Source: Octopus vulgaris (Eukaryota). From it: 64,000 nucleotides of DNA. Below are positions 27,081-41,456 of this stretch, one piece after another. The stretch lies in the NCBI GenBank assembly GCA_951406725.2, contig OX597826.1, forward strand, positions 4,154,001 to 4,218,000, written 5' to 3'. Position 1 is the first letter of the stretch, and each line of letters starts with the position of its first letter. The notes under the pieces were generated by a model. The model searched no databases. It was not told the origin of the DNA and saw only the letters and a list, made by a program, of their open reading frames with translations. Both the position numbers and the translations under genes were made by a program.

Positions 27081-28002
27081 GAAGATCTTTAGTAATGAGA
27101 GCTTGATGGTGTCAAAAGTTTAGTTCAATTAATTACATTAAATGAATGTAATTTTAAATATTCGACTGGTCATCACGTAGACCGAGAAAATTTACATTTG
27201 TTGGCTATTAATTGAATTGTTTTTCAACGTGTTATTAATATTCTGTATTCTTCTCTTTGTTTCTTTGTTAATTACTAATTTCTGTCTAGATATTTAAATT
27301 CGTGTCTTTATTAAGCCATCGTAAAATGGTGCTGGAATGGCACGAATTAAACAGCATCGGACTCTATGTATAGCAGTATGTAATTTTACTCCACTAGTTT
27401 CTTAGTTCGAATTCTATTAGCGTTGATTATTTCTCATTTCCATTCTTTTACAATCGGAAACGAAAGAAAAAATATCACTCCCTGGCAAGGTATGTAATTT
27501 TTTTGTATATATCGCCCGACATCGAATGGTTTCGACGGTGGCGGTGACGTTTTCAAGGGCGGCGGCGATGGCGATGGAGATTTGACTACGGCAGCGACTG
27601 TAGAGTTGGCGGGGGCTGCGATTTCGTATCCGGTTGGGGATTAATGGGCACTGCTCTTTGTCTTGAAAATCATCCAATGATTGTGAGATTGGCACCATTT
27701 ACTCTCCCTTGAAATTACTGCTATTCAACACAGGAAAATAAAAACTTATACTGATGAGAAGGTCCTGAGAGTCGACGTTCAGGAGAGAATAGTTTGTGTG
27801 TAGAAATTAATGTAGTTGTGATGGTTGGATACAGTATAGATGAAGACAGGATGAGAAACGATTGAGTAGAAAATGTCTAATTGAAAAGAATGTGAGACCA
27901 GACATTTCCAAAGAGTAGAAAGAGTTTTAGTAGCCTCAGTAAAGAGAAAGAAAGGCGAAGCACGCCGACAGACCAGAGGCTGGGGTGATTCTCTCTAAGT
28001 GC

Positions 28003-28211
28003 CTGTTTCAGTCATTTGACTGCGGCCATGCTGGAGCACCGCCTTTAGTCGAGCAAATTGACCCCAGGACTTAATCTTTGGAAGCCTAGTACTTGTTCTA
28101 TCGGTCTCTTTTGCCGAACAGCTAAGTTACGCGGACGTAAACACACCACCATCGGTTCTCAAGCGATGTTGGGGTGGATAAACACAGACGCACAAACACA
28201 CACATATACAT

Positions 28212-28259
<48 letters not shown>

Positions 28260-28430
28260 GACGGGCTTCTTTCAGTTTCCGTTTACCAATTCCACTTACA
28301 AGACTTTGGTCGGCCCAAGGCTATAGCAGAAGACACTTGCAGAAGACACTTGCCCAAGGAGCCACGCAGTGGGACTGTACCCGGAACCATGTGGTTGGTA
28401 AACAAGCTACTTACCACACAGCCACTCCTA
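28003..28430 (-). mobile_element. SINE family A with a 13-bp internal tandem duplication (agaagacacttgc x2)
   Basis: Reverse complement of the family A consensus. Confidence 0.9.
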
Positions 28431-28598
28431 AACATCTTGTACATATTGTATTTTGTCTTTGTAAAATGCGTGATTATCAAATTACAGAACACACACAAAA
28501 AGACGCAAAATACTAATATGGCGACCATTTCTCTTAAAGAGGTCAAATTTTCACTTCTCTTTACTTAAGACATCTCATTTTAATGCTTACTTATGAGT

Positions 28599-29158
28599 TG
28601 TTGCTTGTTCTTTCTCGAGTCACGCCTGGATCATAGAACCGATTTCTCGATTTCCTTGCCGTATAGGTTCCCTACATTGACGGGACGCCGGTCCGTCGCA
28701 GGTGAGCTGCTAGATGCAGGAGGAAAGAGTGAGAGAAAGTTGTGGCGAAAGAGTCAGCAGAAGTTCACCTTTACTTTCTGCCGGAGCCGCGTGGAGTTTA
28801 GGTGTTTCGCTCAGAAACACACACGTCGCCCGGTCTGAGATTCGAACCCGCGATCCCTCGACCGCCAGTCCACTGCTCTAACTACTAGGCCATGTGCCTC
28901 GACAAGAACATATTCCTTCTCGAGCCATGCCAGGCTCATGAGGGCCGGTTTCCCGGTTTCGGTGGCGTAGAAATTCTCCTCCTGGACAGGACACCGGTCC
29001 GTCGCAGGATTATTCATTTTTTCCAGCTGAGTGGACTGGAGCAACGTGAAAATGAAGTGTTTTACTCAAGAACACAACACATCACCCGGTCCAGGAATCG
29101 AAACCACAACCTTACGATCATGAGTTCAACACCCTAACCACTAAGCCACGCGCCTCCA
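28599..29158 (-). mobile_element. Dimeric SINE (two tRNA-headed units sharing the family C tail) flanked by a 13-bp TSD
   Basis: Units 29158-28905 and 28900-28599. TSD cttacttatgagt at 28586-28598 and 29159-29171. Confidence 0.8.
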
Positions 29159-30833
29159 CTTACTTATGAGTAGAAAGTAAATATTTAGAGTTCGAAGTTA
29201 GAAAGCATGAGTATTCTGTTAGTTTGCAATCAGTCTATTCATTTTCTCCCCGACTATTCCTGAGAGGATCGTGGAGATAAATACATCAGTTACCATCTCC
29301 ATAGGATCCTATAAGAAGCAACTGTCATTATTTACTCTGGCTGGATTTCGAAGCGTGACCGACTTAGACCAAGGATATTATCCTTCCTACCGATTGGGTC
29401 GGCTTGAAAAATCCGTCTGACGATTCTTTCACATGTCTGTAACGTTCTAAACGCATGTTCATAGTAACGGGACCGTAGCCTTTGAATGTGAAGAATGGCG
29501 GCTTGACATGAAAGAAGCCTCCGATCTTTAGTCTAAATGTAGCAATAAATAGAGATGAAGTTTGTCAGGACGACTTCTAACATATTGGTAAATATATATT
29601 ATTTTTTTCTACCATTTTTGTTACTCTTTTTTGCGTATCTAATTTAGTGTGAGATGTATGAATATCGAACCGCTGATTTTATAATTGGAAATTTTTTGAT
29701 AGTATTGAACTATATTTAATTCATTTGATTCTTTTTATTTTTTCTATATTAAATTCTTTGTAAACTTGAAAAAGTGTTGCAATGCTATGTAGCAGTGATG
29801 TAAATAGTACTTGTTTACTTTTTTTTATTTTAGTATGTCAGACATAGTTAAAGAGTAGTATCGATCACATTTGTAGGCTATTCTGGTTTAGTGAAACAAA
29901 ATACATTTGGTGCTCAGTTACAATTTCTGTAGGCTGATATGCGTAAAAGACATAAAAAAGAGAAAAAAAACTCTTCCAATATAAATGTTCAACTTGCTCA
30001 TTTCTGTATCATTGAATCACTATATATAGATCTTTATACAATGGAAGATTTTTGAAAATGTATTTAGAATATTTCAGAATCAATGTGTGGCTTCTATATC
30101 TCGAGTTAAAATTAAGTAGTGTGAAAAATACCAGCATGACTCTGTTTCTTTACGACTGTAAAACCAAAAATGACATCTGTTACATACAAAAAGGTATTAA
30201 CATTGAAATATATTCATAAATGATTTCCATTAGGATCTAAAGAAACCCTAAATATCCATAGAAACTGAGATGTCATTCGTAAAAAACACAAATTCAACAG
30301 TAGCACTTGCATATTGAGATTAATTGAAGGTGGATGTCATCCACCTCGCCAAATAATATATATCGAACAAGAGAGCATGATTTTGCCGCTAAACCTGTTA
30401 GAAATAACAAGCATTTTATACATACAACTGCAATCTAATTCCTTTAAATTATGAAGGGTATAACTGCCTCGAATTTAAGTCAGATCAGTTGGAGTAGAAA
30501 TGACTTTGAGTATTGATTTAAAATCAACTGTGACCTGAGTCTAAACTACAAGCAACAAATGAATGTTACCTATCGGTTGTGGGTTGTAAAAACCTCTGGT
30601 GGAGGGGTTCACAAAGATAGCACTGCTACCTATGAGCTAATTTCAAAATTTTATAGGACTATAGTGTACTTATAATTATTCAAATATATAATCTTACAAT
30701 TGAGACATGAAACTGAAAAAAAACGAGTTTTTAAGATAAGACTAGCGTCTCAAGAAGTCAGAGCAATAAAAGCCCGAGGAGAATTAAAGTAAATAAAATG
30801 TGGCCTTGGTAGCGGAAAAGTTAGATATCACAG

Positions 30834-30955
<122 letters not shown>

Positions 30956-30960
30956 ATATA

Positions 30961-31039
<79 letters not shown>

Positions 31040-31829
31040 AGAGGGAGAGAAGGTGAGAGAGAGAGGCATTCATACACACGCACGCATATAATACAAGCAC
31101 ACATATACACTCGCACGAATATATAAATGTTGGAATTCTTCGACATATTAATACCACTTTATATTGCCGAGAGTTTTGTTTAGTTACCTGATCTTTGATG
31201 ACTTCTCAATTTAGTTGCAAGTCTGACCGTTATATCTCAAAGTATTTTTACTGTACCTAATTTACAGACACCCCAAGTAGCACGCAGCTGTTCTTTTCAT
31301 TTCAGTACAGTGAAACATAGAGAGAATAAAAGCAAACAAGAAATAGAAAGTACAGCTCTAGGATGAAATATAATTCTGTGATTCTGTTCTTGAGTGTATG
31401 TATATACGTGTGCATATATAATTTCATATACGTTTGTATGTATGTACGTACGTATGTGTGTACACGTAAGCATGTATATATAATTTAATGTATGTTTATA
31501 TATATGTTGTAAGTACTTATGTGTATATAATTTAATGAACGCTTTTATATATGGAAGTAGATACGTATTCGTGTACATAGGTAAATTCATATTTCGGAAA
31601 ATATCAAACAAAAATAGATAAAAATAACACTCGAATCAATATTAGTATACTTAACACAATATGTTAGTGGAAATTCCTAGCAACTCAGGTTTTACACGCT
31701 ACTACTAAACAAATGGTCCTCATTCGTATAAACAAGTAAACGTTGTGTAATTAAGTACAATATTAATCTAATTTATTGTTCCAAACTAGAAGCCTAAACT
31801 TCGATATTTCCCGTTTCGCTGCTAATTGT

Positions 31830-32151
31830 GTTGCATGCGGTCAAGGTGCTTCATGTCAATGACCTTACAATAACTTGTATTGCTGATGTCTATCGCTGCA
31901 TTTACTCAGCCAATTATGTTTCCTTTTCGTTTTGGGATTTGGTTTGCAAGATTCTTTATATGAGTTCGTGTGTTGAAGCATATTCTGTTGTATCTGGGGG
32001 GAGTCATTTTCTTTTTGCGCACTATAATGTAACGCACATAAATTTTAGGAAAATAAAAATAAGAAATAAGTGGAAATTTTACCGGTGAGTGTGTGACATT
32101 ATAAGGCGCAAAAAGAAAATGACTCTCCCCAGGCACAACAGAATGTGTTTC
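31830..32151. repeat. Repeat with ~63-bp inverted arms and an asymmetric extension (Penelope-like fold-back)
   Basis: 31975-32038 is the inverted complement of 32089-32151. Confidence 0.7.
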
Positions 32152-32320
32152 CTTTAGAATCGCTGTTGTGAGACACTGTGCCAGTGCGAACTAACTATAA
32201 TGCCTGATGCTCTAGGTTGACGAAACGTAATTTAAGCAACCATATAAAGCAAGACATCACATTCCTATGACACATATCATCCAGAGTAAGATTCTGTTAT
32301 TTAGGTGAACAGACCGAATA

Positions 32321-32706
32321 GGCGTGGGAGTGGCTCTGTGGTAAGTAGCTTGCTTACCAACCACATGGCTCCAGGTTCAGTATACTGCGTGACACCTGGG
32401 GCTGTTGTCTTCTACTCACAAAGCCTTGTGAGTGGATTTGGTAGACGTAAACTGAAAGCCCCTCGTGTATGCATGTATGTATGTATGTATGTATGTATGT
32501 GTCTGTGTATGTGTTTGTCTTCCCAACATCGCTTGACAACCGATGCTGGTGTGTTTATGACCTCGTAAGTTAGCGGTTCGGCAAAAGAGAATGATAGAAT
32601 AAGTACTAGGTTTACAAACAATAAGTCCTGGGGTCAATTTGCTCGACGAAAGGCGCTGCTCCAGCATGGCCACAGTCAAATGACTAAAATGAGTAAAAGA
32701 GTAAAA
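32321..32706 (+). mobile_element. SINE family A
   Basis: Head and tail match. Confidence 0.9.
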
Positions 32707-32968
32707 TAGTTAAATTCAATTATCAGTCCGCTTTCTAATTTTTTTAAAAAATTTTCTTATTCAACAGCAAACAGGTCGTTATTCTGAGTCCTGCGGATAT
32801 TCTACGATGTTCCTGTTTATACTTCTCCGTTTGTATACCAGTGGTACAATGTTTCACCATCCGTTTTTTATTCCCAAAACTAACGACACTGCTATTTATA
32901 TTTTAATTCTGCTAGTCCTTGAAACACTATCTTATTTCCATAAAAGTTGTGGTGTTCAGTACATGCAT

Positions 32969-33263
32969 TGTTGTATGTTCTTTCTCGAGTCACACCTGGC
33001 TCGTACGACCGGTTTCCGGTTTCCTTGGCGTATAGGTTCCCCACCTGGATGGGACGTCGATCCGTCGCAAGTGAGCTGCAAGATGCAGGAGGAAAGAGTG
33101 AGAGAAAGTTATGGCGAAAGAGTCAGCAGAAGTTCGCCATTACCTTCAGCCGGAGCCGCGTGGAGCTTAGGTGTTTCACTCATAAACACACGCATCGCCC
33201 GGTCTGAGATTCGAACAGGCGATCCCTCGACCGCTGCTCTAACCACTAGGCCATGTGCCTCCA
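32969..33263 (-). mobile_element. SINE family C monomer with TSD
   Basis: Homologous to 28599-28900. TSD tcagtacatgYat at 32956-32968 and 33265-33277. Confidence 0.85.
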
Positions 33264-33355
33264 CTCAGTACATGTATAGAGCTATGGTAATGTACATCAC
33301 ATAGATGTATATTTCACTGCACTTATCTCTTAGCCTACATAACTCTTATACCACG

Positions 33356-33769
33356 GCACTGCGTCGGTTACAACGACGAGGGTTCCATTTGATCTAATCA
33401 ATGGAACAGCTTGCTAGTGAAATTAACTTGCAAGTGTCTGAGCACTCCACAGACACGTGTACCCTTAATGCAGTCTGAGCACTCCACAGACACGTGTACC
33501 TTTAATGCAGTTCTCGGAGAGAGTCAACGTGACACAGAGTGTAACAGGCTGGCCCTTTGGAATACAGGTACAACAGAAAAAGGAAAAAAGAGTGAGAGAA
33601 AGTTGTGTTGAAAGAGTAAAGCAGGGTTCGCTACCACACCCTGCTGGAGCTTCGTGGAGCCTTGAGTATTTTCGCTCAATATATACCCACAACGCCAAGT
33701 CTGGGAATCGAAACTACGATCCTATGACCGCGAATCCGCTGCCCTAACCACTGGGCCATTGCGCCTCCA
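33356..33769 (-). mobile_element. SINE family B with a 37-bp internal tandem duplication
   Basis: Reverse complement of 48231-48616; gtctgagcactccacagacacgtgtacc.ttaatgca occurs twice. Confidence 0.9.
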
Positions 33770-34599
33770 TAACCCGTATATGCACATATATAAGTACACA
33801 TGTATAGTTATGTAACTATGTATGCCAGAGTTCGTGTGTGATTGTGTGTATCTTTCGCCGGTATGTGAACTATAGCGAAGACACTAAAAAACAAGATGTT
33901 TTACAGTAAAAAAAATATCGTGTTGATATATACGTACTCCAAGCGAGTTTCACAGACAATCTTCTGTCAATCTCTTGTCAGAAATGTAATGAAGCGGCAT
34001 TTTGTCCGTTGAAAAAAAGATGACAAACTACGCTGTTATTCTGAAAATACTATATAAAAAATATCTAAATATTTTTCATTTCTTATTTGAAAACAGAAAC
34101 TTGATCAAATGAGACGTCACTAATTATTGCATTACTTAAACGCATTTTCTTTCTTCCTTTTTTTCAAACAAGCAGCATATTATTGGTCCCCTTTTTTATG
34201 GTACAAAAGTTCTTTATATTAAACGGAGATAGGGAAATGATGATCAGGTTTTCTTAAGTACATTAATGGCGTAATTGAAGTAAACATGTATCAGCCAAAG
34301 GAACCCCCCTAGAAGATTTCTTTTTGCTTCGAAACTCCTGCTGATAACCGACAAATAATCAAAGAGCTCTCCATAACAAAAATGTTATTGAGGAGATAGA
34401 TCTCAAGGTTTTAATTTCGAATTGAAGTGTTTCTTCCCTTTTCGTTTCAGATATATTTATAAATAACAGTGTCTACGAATAAGAGTACAAAACTTCAAAC
34501 AACGCCCTCATAGTAATCCCAACAGAGAACATATTACACAAGTTCATGAGTGTGTGAGCGTGTTTGTATGTGGGTGTGTATACACACACACACAATTGG

Positions 34600-35625
<1,026 letters not shown>

Positions 35626-35794
35626 ATTTATTTTTAATTGTTCACTACTTTATCGGCTGAAATTTACAATTGTTACTCAAAGGAAAACAATTTTCTGCAT
35701 GGCAATTGTGAGACCGACTTCAAGGCTAGAAGCTTTATAACTGCAGGATACTCGGCTCAGATTTGCGTATGGGAATTTCTACCGAGGAAAATAT

Positions 35795-35857
<63 letters not shown>

Positions 35858-35860
<3 letters not shown>

Positions 35861-35912
35861 CTAAAGTTGTGTGTCTGTCTCCTACGATTTAGATTCCTAA
35901 CTACTCCCACAT
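35858..35912 (+). mobile_element. 5' fragment of the 12574-12955 Helitron type
   Basis: aagttgtgtgtctgtctcctacgatttagattcctaactactcccaca is identical to the reverse complement of ~12892-12939. Confidence 0.75.
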
Positions 35913-35924
35913 ATATTCTTTTAT

Positions 35925-36258
35925 TTATCTCTTTGTTTCAGTTATTTGCTTCAGCACGCCTTGAAGACTTTAACTTATTTTTAAGCCTAGTATTTGTTAT
36001 ATCTGCCACTTTTTCAAAACTGCTAAGTTACGGGGACATAAGTACACCAAAACCTGCTGTTAGGTGGTGGACATAGATTCAAAGCACACACACACACACA
36101 GATATATACATATATACGAGGGGCGTCTCCCAGTTTCCCGCTGCGAAACCCGCACACAAGGCTTTGGTCGGCCCGTAGTTATTGTAGAAGATACTTGCCC
36201 ATGAAGTCGGAATGAACCCTGAACTATGATGTTGGCAAGCTAGCTTCTTATCACACCC
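35925..36258 (-). mobile_element. SINE family A, old and degraded
   Basis: Diverged match to family A. Confidence 0.7.
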
Positions 36259-36287
36259 TTGTATGTATGTATGTATGTGTATATACA

Positions 36288-36463
36288 GAATGCGACAAGG
36301 CTGGCTCTTACAAATACAGATACAACTCATTATCGCCAGCTGAGTGGACTGGAGCAACATGAAATAAAGTGTCTTGCTCAAGCACACAGCGCGTCACCGG
36401 GAACTAACCGTACTACCTTAGGATCGTGAGCCGAATGCCATAACCACTAAGCCACGCGCCTTC
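36288..36463 (-). mobile_element. SINE family B 5' part (tRNA head plus CORE-like domain)
   Basis: taaccactaagccacgcgccttc head; gagtggactggagcaacatgaaataaagtgtcttgctcaag. Confidence 0.8.
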
Positions 36464-36481
36464 ATATAAATATATATATAA

Positions 36482-36888
36482 GGCGCAGGAGTGGCTGTGT
36501 GGCAAGTAGCTTGCTAACCAACCACATGGTTCCGGGTTCAGTCCCACTGCGTGGCATCTTGGGCAAGTGTCTTCTGCTATAGCCCCGGGCCGACCAATGC
36601 CTTGTGAGTGGATTTGGTAGACGGAAACTGAAAGAAGCCTGTCGTATATATGTATATATAAATATATATGTGTGTGTGTGTATGTGTTTGTGTTTGTCCC
36701 TCTAGCATTGCTTGACAACCGATGCTGGTGTGTTTACGTCCCCGTCACTTAGCGGTTCGGCAAAAGAGATCAATAGAATAAGTACTGGGCTTACAAAGAA
36801 TAAGTCCCGGGGTCGATTTGCTCGACTAAAGGCGGTGCTCCAGCATGGCCGCAATCAAATGACTGAAACAAGTAAAAGAGTAAAGAGT
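36482..36888 (+). mobile_element. SINE family A, near consensus
   Basis: Complete head, internal TA/TG tract and tail. Confidence 0.92.
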
Positions 36889-37358
36889 ATATAATATTTA
36901 CCTACATATACATACATACATATGTATATGTATTTGTTTCACAGGGTTTAAGTGTATATTAGAGCCATGATAATAAAGATATTATACACTTTTGTACAAA
37001 GCGTTTTTTGGGGGTTTTTTTCAACATAATTGAAGTAAGGACGGGTTTTGCATTGCTCATCAAGCTGAGAGTTGGAAAAGATATATTTTCTCTTTCTATA
37101 TATATCCACCACGCGTGTTTCCCCACTAAAACTCTCTCTACCTTATATATATATATATCAAGAGAGAAAAAAAGAGATCAATAAGTCCAGGCAGATATCA
37201 ATAAATCACTGTTTTAAATAAAATTTAGTTAACTTTATCCAACAATCAGATATCAATAAATGCAAAGTGAATTCTAGAATTAAAGATTTGAATTTCTCTA
37301 TACGTACTTTTGTTACACACACACATACATACACAGATAGGTAGATAGACAGGCAGAC

Positions 37359-37399
<41 letters not shown>

Positions 37400-37459
37400 T
37401 AGATAGATAAGCATGTGTTTATTTGCAACATATATACGTGTGTAGTAGTAGTAGTAGTT

Positions 37460-37524
<65 letters not shown>

Positions 37525-37685
37525 CCTGTAATAAAGAAAAGATATAAGCGAAGCATATGAATACAGAATATATACATATATATACATAGCTGACGGGGCG
37601 GGAAAGGGATCCAAAGTCACCATCTCCATGAAAACTTAATATAAGCGCAAAAATATTCTAAATATTATATGAAAATTGGCAGCAA

Positions 37686-38056
37686 TCTCTCTCTATATAA
37701 ACGGCATTTTGTCTGTGCGTTTTCTGTGTGTCTGTTTTCTCGTACCCTCACTCTGACCACGGCTTTCAACCGATTCTGATGAAACTTGACACACACATAG
37801 CCCAATGTCATAATTCAAAACTAACGCAGCGAAAATTTTGAAAAGTTCCCCCAGTTCTGAAAAAAATCGATAAATTCGACATGGGGTCGAGAATCAGAAA
37901 CCCAAACCACAGACCGTCTAGGGGACGCAACTCCACCTTTTTTAACTCTCAAAAAATTTGCCATCATTTTTTTTCTATTTTTTGGCTATAACTCTCTAAA
38001 AATGCTTTATAGTTATTTCCCTTACAAACCTGAGCAACGCCGGGCGATACTGCTAG
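37686..38056 (+). mobile_element. Complete non-autonomous Helitron (~370 bp)
   Basis: A|TCTCTCTCTATATAAACGGC ... cctgagcaacgccgggcgatactgCTAG|T. Confidence 0.85.
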
Positions 38057-38823
38057 TCAGTTTCTAAATGACGAATTCTGATTCTAAAGGCTAGAAATCA
38101 AACAAAATCTTAATTACAGTAAACGAAACAAACACGGGACGCACTGGACGTGAACGTGGTCTTTAGACAGTAATGATAAGCCCCAGTCCGGTTTACGTCT
38201 TATTGAAACTCATCAGCGAGTCATCAATTAACCAGAATTGCAAGAATGACTAATGAGAGGAATATAGGACTTTTATGAAGGAATACAGAGTGGCGTTATA
38301 ATGCAAATAAGAATTGCTGTGTTTGATAATGGTGCTTCATAAAGAATCATATTGATTTATCTCTTCAAAGTTTATCAGATCCAGACCTGTGGCTAAGTAC
38401 AGTACCTCGTGATACGATCAGGAAAATCAAATATCTTTTTGATATGATCAGAAAATCAATTAGCAATTATATTGAAGCAAAGGCATCGGAATTTTGTAGC
38501 AGAAGTGGATGTGTGATGAAATATAGTTAAATACTTCTATAAGAGCAATTTTTTAATGTTTTTTTTTCTTTCTTTCGTTCTTTCTTTTCTTCTTTTTTTT
38601 TTCTTTTTTTTTTTGCTAGTTATCTTCTTGTTTCTCTTTCTCTGATAGGTTTCAAACTTTTCATTACCGTGTAAGAACACTATAGCAGTTCATAGAAAAA
38701 AACACACACACACACACAGATAGCACACACACAAATGCATACACACACATAATATAAAATATTTAGCTATACAATTATATATATATATTAAGATATCCAT
38801 AAAATATTTGATGGTGTTGTTGC

Positions 38824-38880
<57 letters not shown>

Positions 38881-38896
38881 CAGCATCATCATCAAT

Positions 38897-39052
38897 TAGT
38901 GAGCCAGGAGAATCGGTAGAACGCCGGAAAAATGCTTAGCAATATTCCGCCCGTTTTTCATCTTTTCAAGATTGATGAAATAAATAAGTACCAGTTACGC
39001 ACTGTTGTCTAGGTAATCGACTGGCTCCCTCCTGCCTTGTACCTATAGTAGA

Positions 39053-39055
<3 letters not shown>
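38897..39055 (+). mobile_element. SINE family D, deleted copy
   Basis: gaacgccggaaaaatgcttagc...aaataagtaccagttacgcactg. Confidence 0.7.
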
Positions 39056-39113
<58 letters not shown>

Positions 39114-39184
39114 TAGTCTTATTTTTACGGAAATGTACTTGCACATCAAGTGACCTGATCTGAGATCGTGTGCTAGAACGAAAA

Positions 39185-39316
39185 CAATTACAGCGTGGAG
39201 TGTGTTTATAAGCCATTTAAGAAACACACAAAGACCGTTAGATTCACTTCAGTATTTAAATTTAATTTGCCAAAATATTTTAGTCGCTTTGAAACCGCGA
39301 CCTGTTCACTGACAAA
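39185..39316 (-). mobile_element. Single arm of the 54939-55253 fold-back family with G3:C8 hammerhead variant
   Basis: Homologous to 54939-55068. Minus strand tttgtca-GTGAACA-g-gtcgc...gcgac-tAAA-atattt-tggcaaa (G12 mutated). Confidence 0.75.
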
Positions 39317-39322
39317 ATTTTA

Positions 39323-40510
39323 TCGCATGCTTTCACTGCACTACGGAGCGCTGCACTGTGTGCCTTGGGAATGTACTGTGGTTTGCTGTGATGCTCTTGT
39401 GGCTACTGTATCGAATGTGTTTTACGTAGAATGTGTGCGGTGCCTATTTGTGCTATTTTCTGTATGTTATATATACTTATCACTCCTGTTTTTTTTTGTT
39501 ACATATTTGTCTGAATGGGTTTTTTATCCCACCTAATGCGCCCACTATGACAGTGGTTGTTTCTGTTTTTAGACTCCACATTCGAGTTATCTCTATTTCC
39601 AGGTCTTTGTATTTTGAAAGTGTCTCCATTTCTTGTAGAGAAGCGTTGTCATCTGTTGGTATTGATACATCAATTAGAAAGCATTTTTTTCTTCATGATC
39701 TCTGACAATATCTGGCATATTGGCCTTAATTTCTCTATCTGTGTGTATTAGCATATCCCAAAGTATTGTTGCATTATTATTTTCTGTGACATTTTCTGGC
39801 GTGTGTCTATACCATCTTTTTTTTTTCTGTTGTTATTCCATAATGTTGGCATAGCTTCCAGTGTATGTAGGTCCGAATTCTGTCGTGTCAGTGAATATAT
39901 TCCTTCTTAGGCAGGACTCGGCAGCCAGAGAAATATGATTTATTGCTTCTTGTCAATCTCCACATATTCTGCAGTTACTTGTTATGTTTCTTTTCATCAT
40001 ATGTTTTTGATAATTTCTGGAGGGTAGGCTTTGGCCTTGTGCTGTAATTAAAAATCCTTCAGTCTCTACTTTGAGTCCTCAGCTTCACAGCCATAGCTGG
40101 GATTTTGCTTTGTCTGTTTATTTTGCGTTTATTTTAACCAAGTATTTGCCATGAAGGGGCATTGCTTGCCATCGTTTTATCATGAACTGTTGCTGTTCTA
40201 GTTTTAGTTTAGATTTCAGTTGTTTTACAGCTTTTGTTGTTTCTTTTTTTCTTCATAGTTGTTAGGTAGTGTGACTTCTTGTTTGTATTTATTAGTTTCC
40301 TTGAAGACTGAAAACAGGTTTTTGTTTTGTTCGTGTTTTGTGGCTATTTGTATTAGTTTTCCTTGTTTCTGAAGAAGGTATTTTTGCAGTCCTATGGTGG
40401 TTATTTTGTAATAGTTTTCTAGCTGTATAAGGCCTCTACCACCTTCCATATGTTTCTATGTCAGATTTTGGATGGTGTATCCTAAATCCTGTCGTTATTT
40501 TTCTTGATCC
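39323..40510 (-). mobile_element. Dong/R4-like non-LTR retrotransposon 3' portion (RT end, CCHC knuckle, restriction-like endonuclease)
   Basis: EGGRGLIQLE, LHGKY, GLKVETEGFL, CRICG, RPDIVRDHEEKKCFLIDVSIP...SKYKDLEIEITRMW...VIVGALG; frameshifted. Confidence 0.85.
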
Positions 40511-40559
40511 AGTAACGTTTGCTTTCTATTTTAGTTAATACTATGACTGGTTTCCTATT

Positions 40560-40965
40560 CTTTATCTACTGTTCGCTCTGAATCATAAAATTCCATCTTT
40601 GCCTTATCATTTTCGATGATGCTTTCGAGTTTATGTTCGTACCACTTTTTTGCTCTGTCAACTCCATACTTGTTGCCAAGTATCCAATAGACATCTCTTA
40701 TATTCTTGCTGGATTAGTGGTGTACATTGTTTCGTAATATGCCATACGGTTTCACCATTTTATCCACAAATTCTGCACTTATCACTTTCTGGTGTGTGAT
40801 CTCTTCTGTATGGGATGTAATTCGTTCTTAATGCTTGCCATTGGGCAGCACAGATTAAACCCTCCTTTTCCGGTTTTAAATCATCCATAGCCATCTTTTT
40901 TCTCTGTCTGTCTTATCTTCAACATCTCTATGAAATTGCCAATGCATTCTTTTCTTTATTCACCT
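40560..40965 (-). mobile_element. Second, different Dong/R4-like fragment (zinc-knuckle region)
   Basis: LKPEKEGLICAAQWQALRTN...SDKCRICG.NGETVWHI...KKWYEHKLESIIEND. Confidence 0.8.
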
Positions 40966-41118
40966 GTTTTCAGCTTTTATTTTATTTATTTATTTTTTGC
41001 TCGTCTCCTTCATTTCCCGAACTGAAATGACTAGTTCTACATGTCTGTACAAACGACTGTTTGTTTCAGTTCTTGCAACCATTCAACATCACACACACAC
41101 ACTCACACACACACACAT

Positions 41119-41194
<76 letters not shown>

Positions 41195-41456
41195 CATACA
41201 TATTTACTCTTAATATGTCCAGAAATACTTAGAGAGAAAACATGCTCGCGGGTGTAGCGATGGCCAAGGACAAACATCGTTTCCTTTTTATGACAACATA
41301 TGTCCAGCAGCATATTTCTGTCATAGACACACGGCTTTCTGAGGTTCATATATTTTGACGTGTTCTTTCTCATCTGCCAAAACTAGCCAGAACTCTGAGA
41401 CTAACCAGAGCTGCTGACGTTACACATTCAGTGAACAATATTTTTCTAATTGGTAA

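Noticed and set aside
27417-27720. GC-rich island with a Pro-rich minus-strand frame (APANSTVAAVVKSPSPSPPPLK)
   Set aside because: Short, bounded by stops, no recognisable domain or clear splice sites; cannot be supported as an exon.
27745-27800. CTGATGA followed by a hairpin
   Set aside because: No GAAA or NUH closing the fold, so it is not a hammerhead.
33880-34440. Possible Tc1-like transposase remnant (FFQR..AASLH-like fragment); also 51780-52260
   Set aside because: Only one weak motif, no TIRs or continuous frame.
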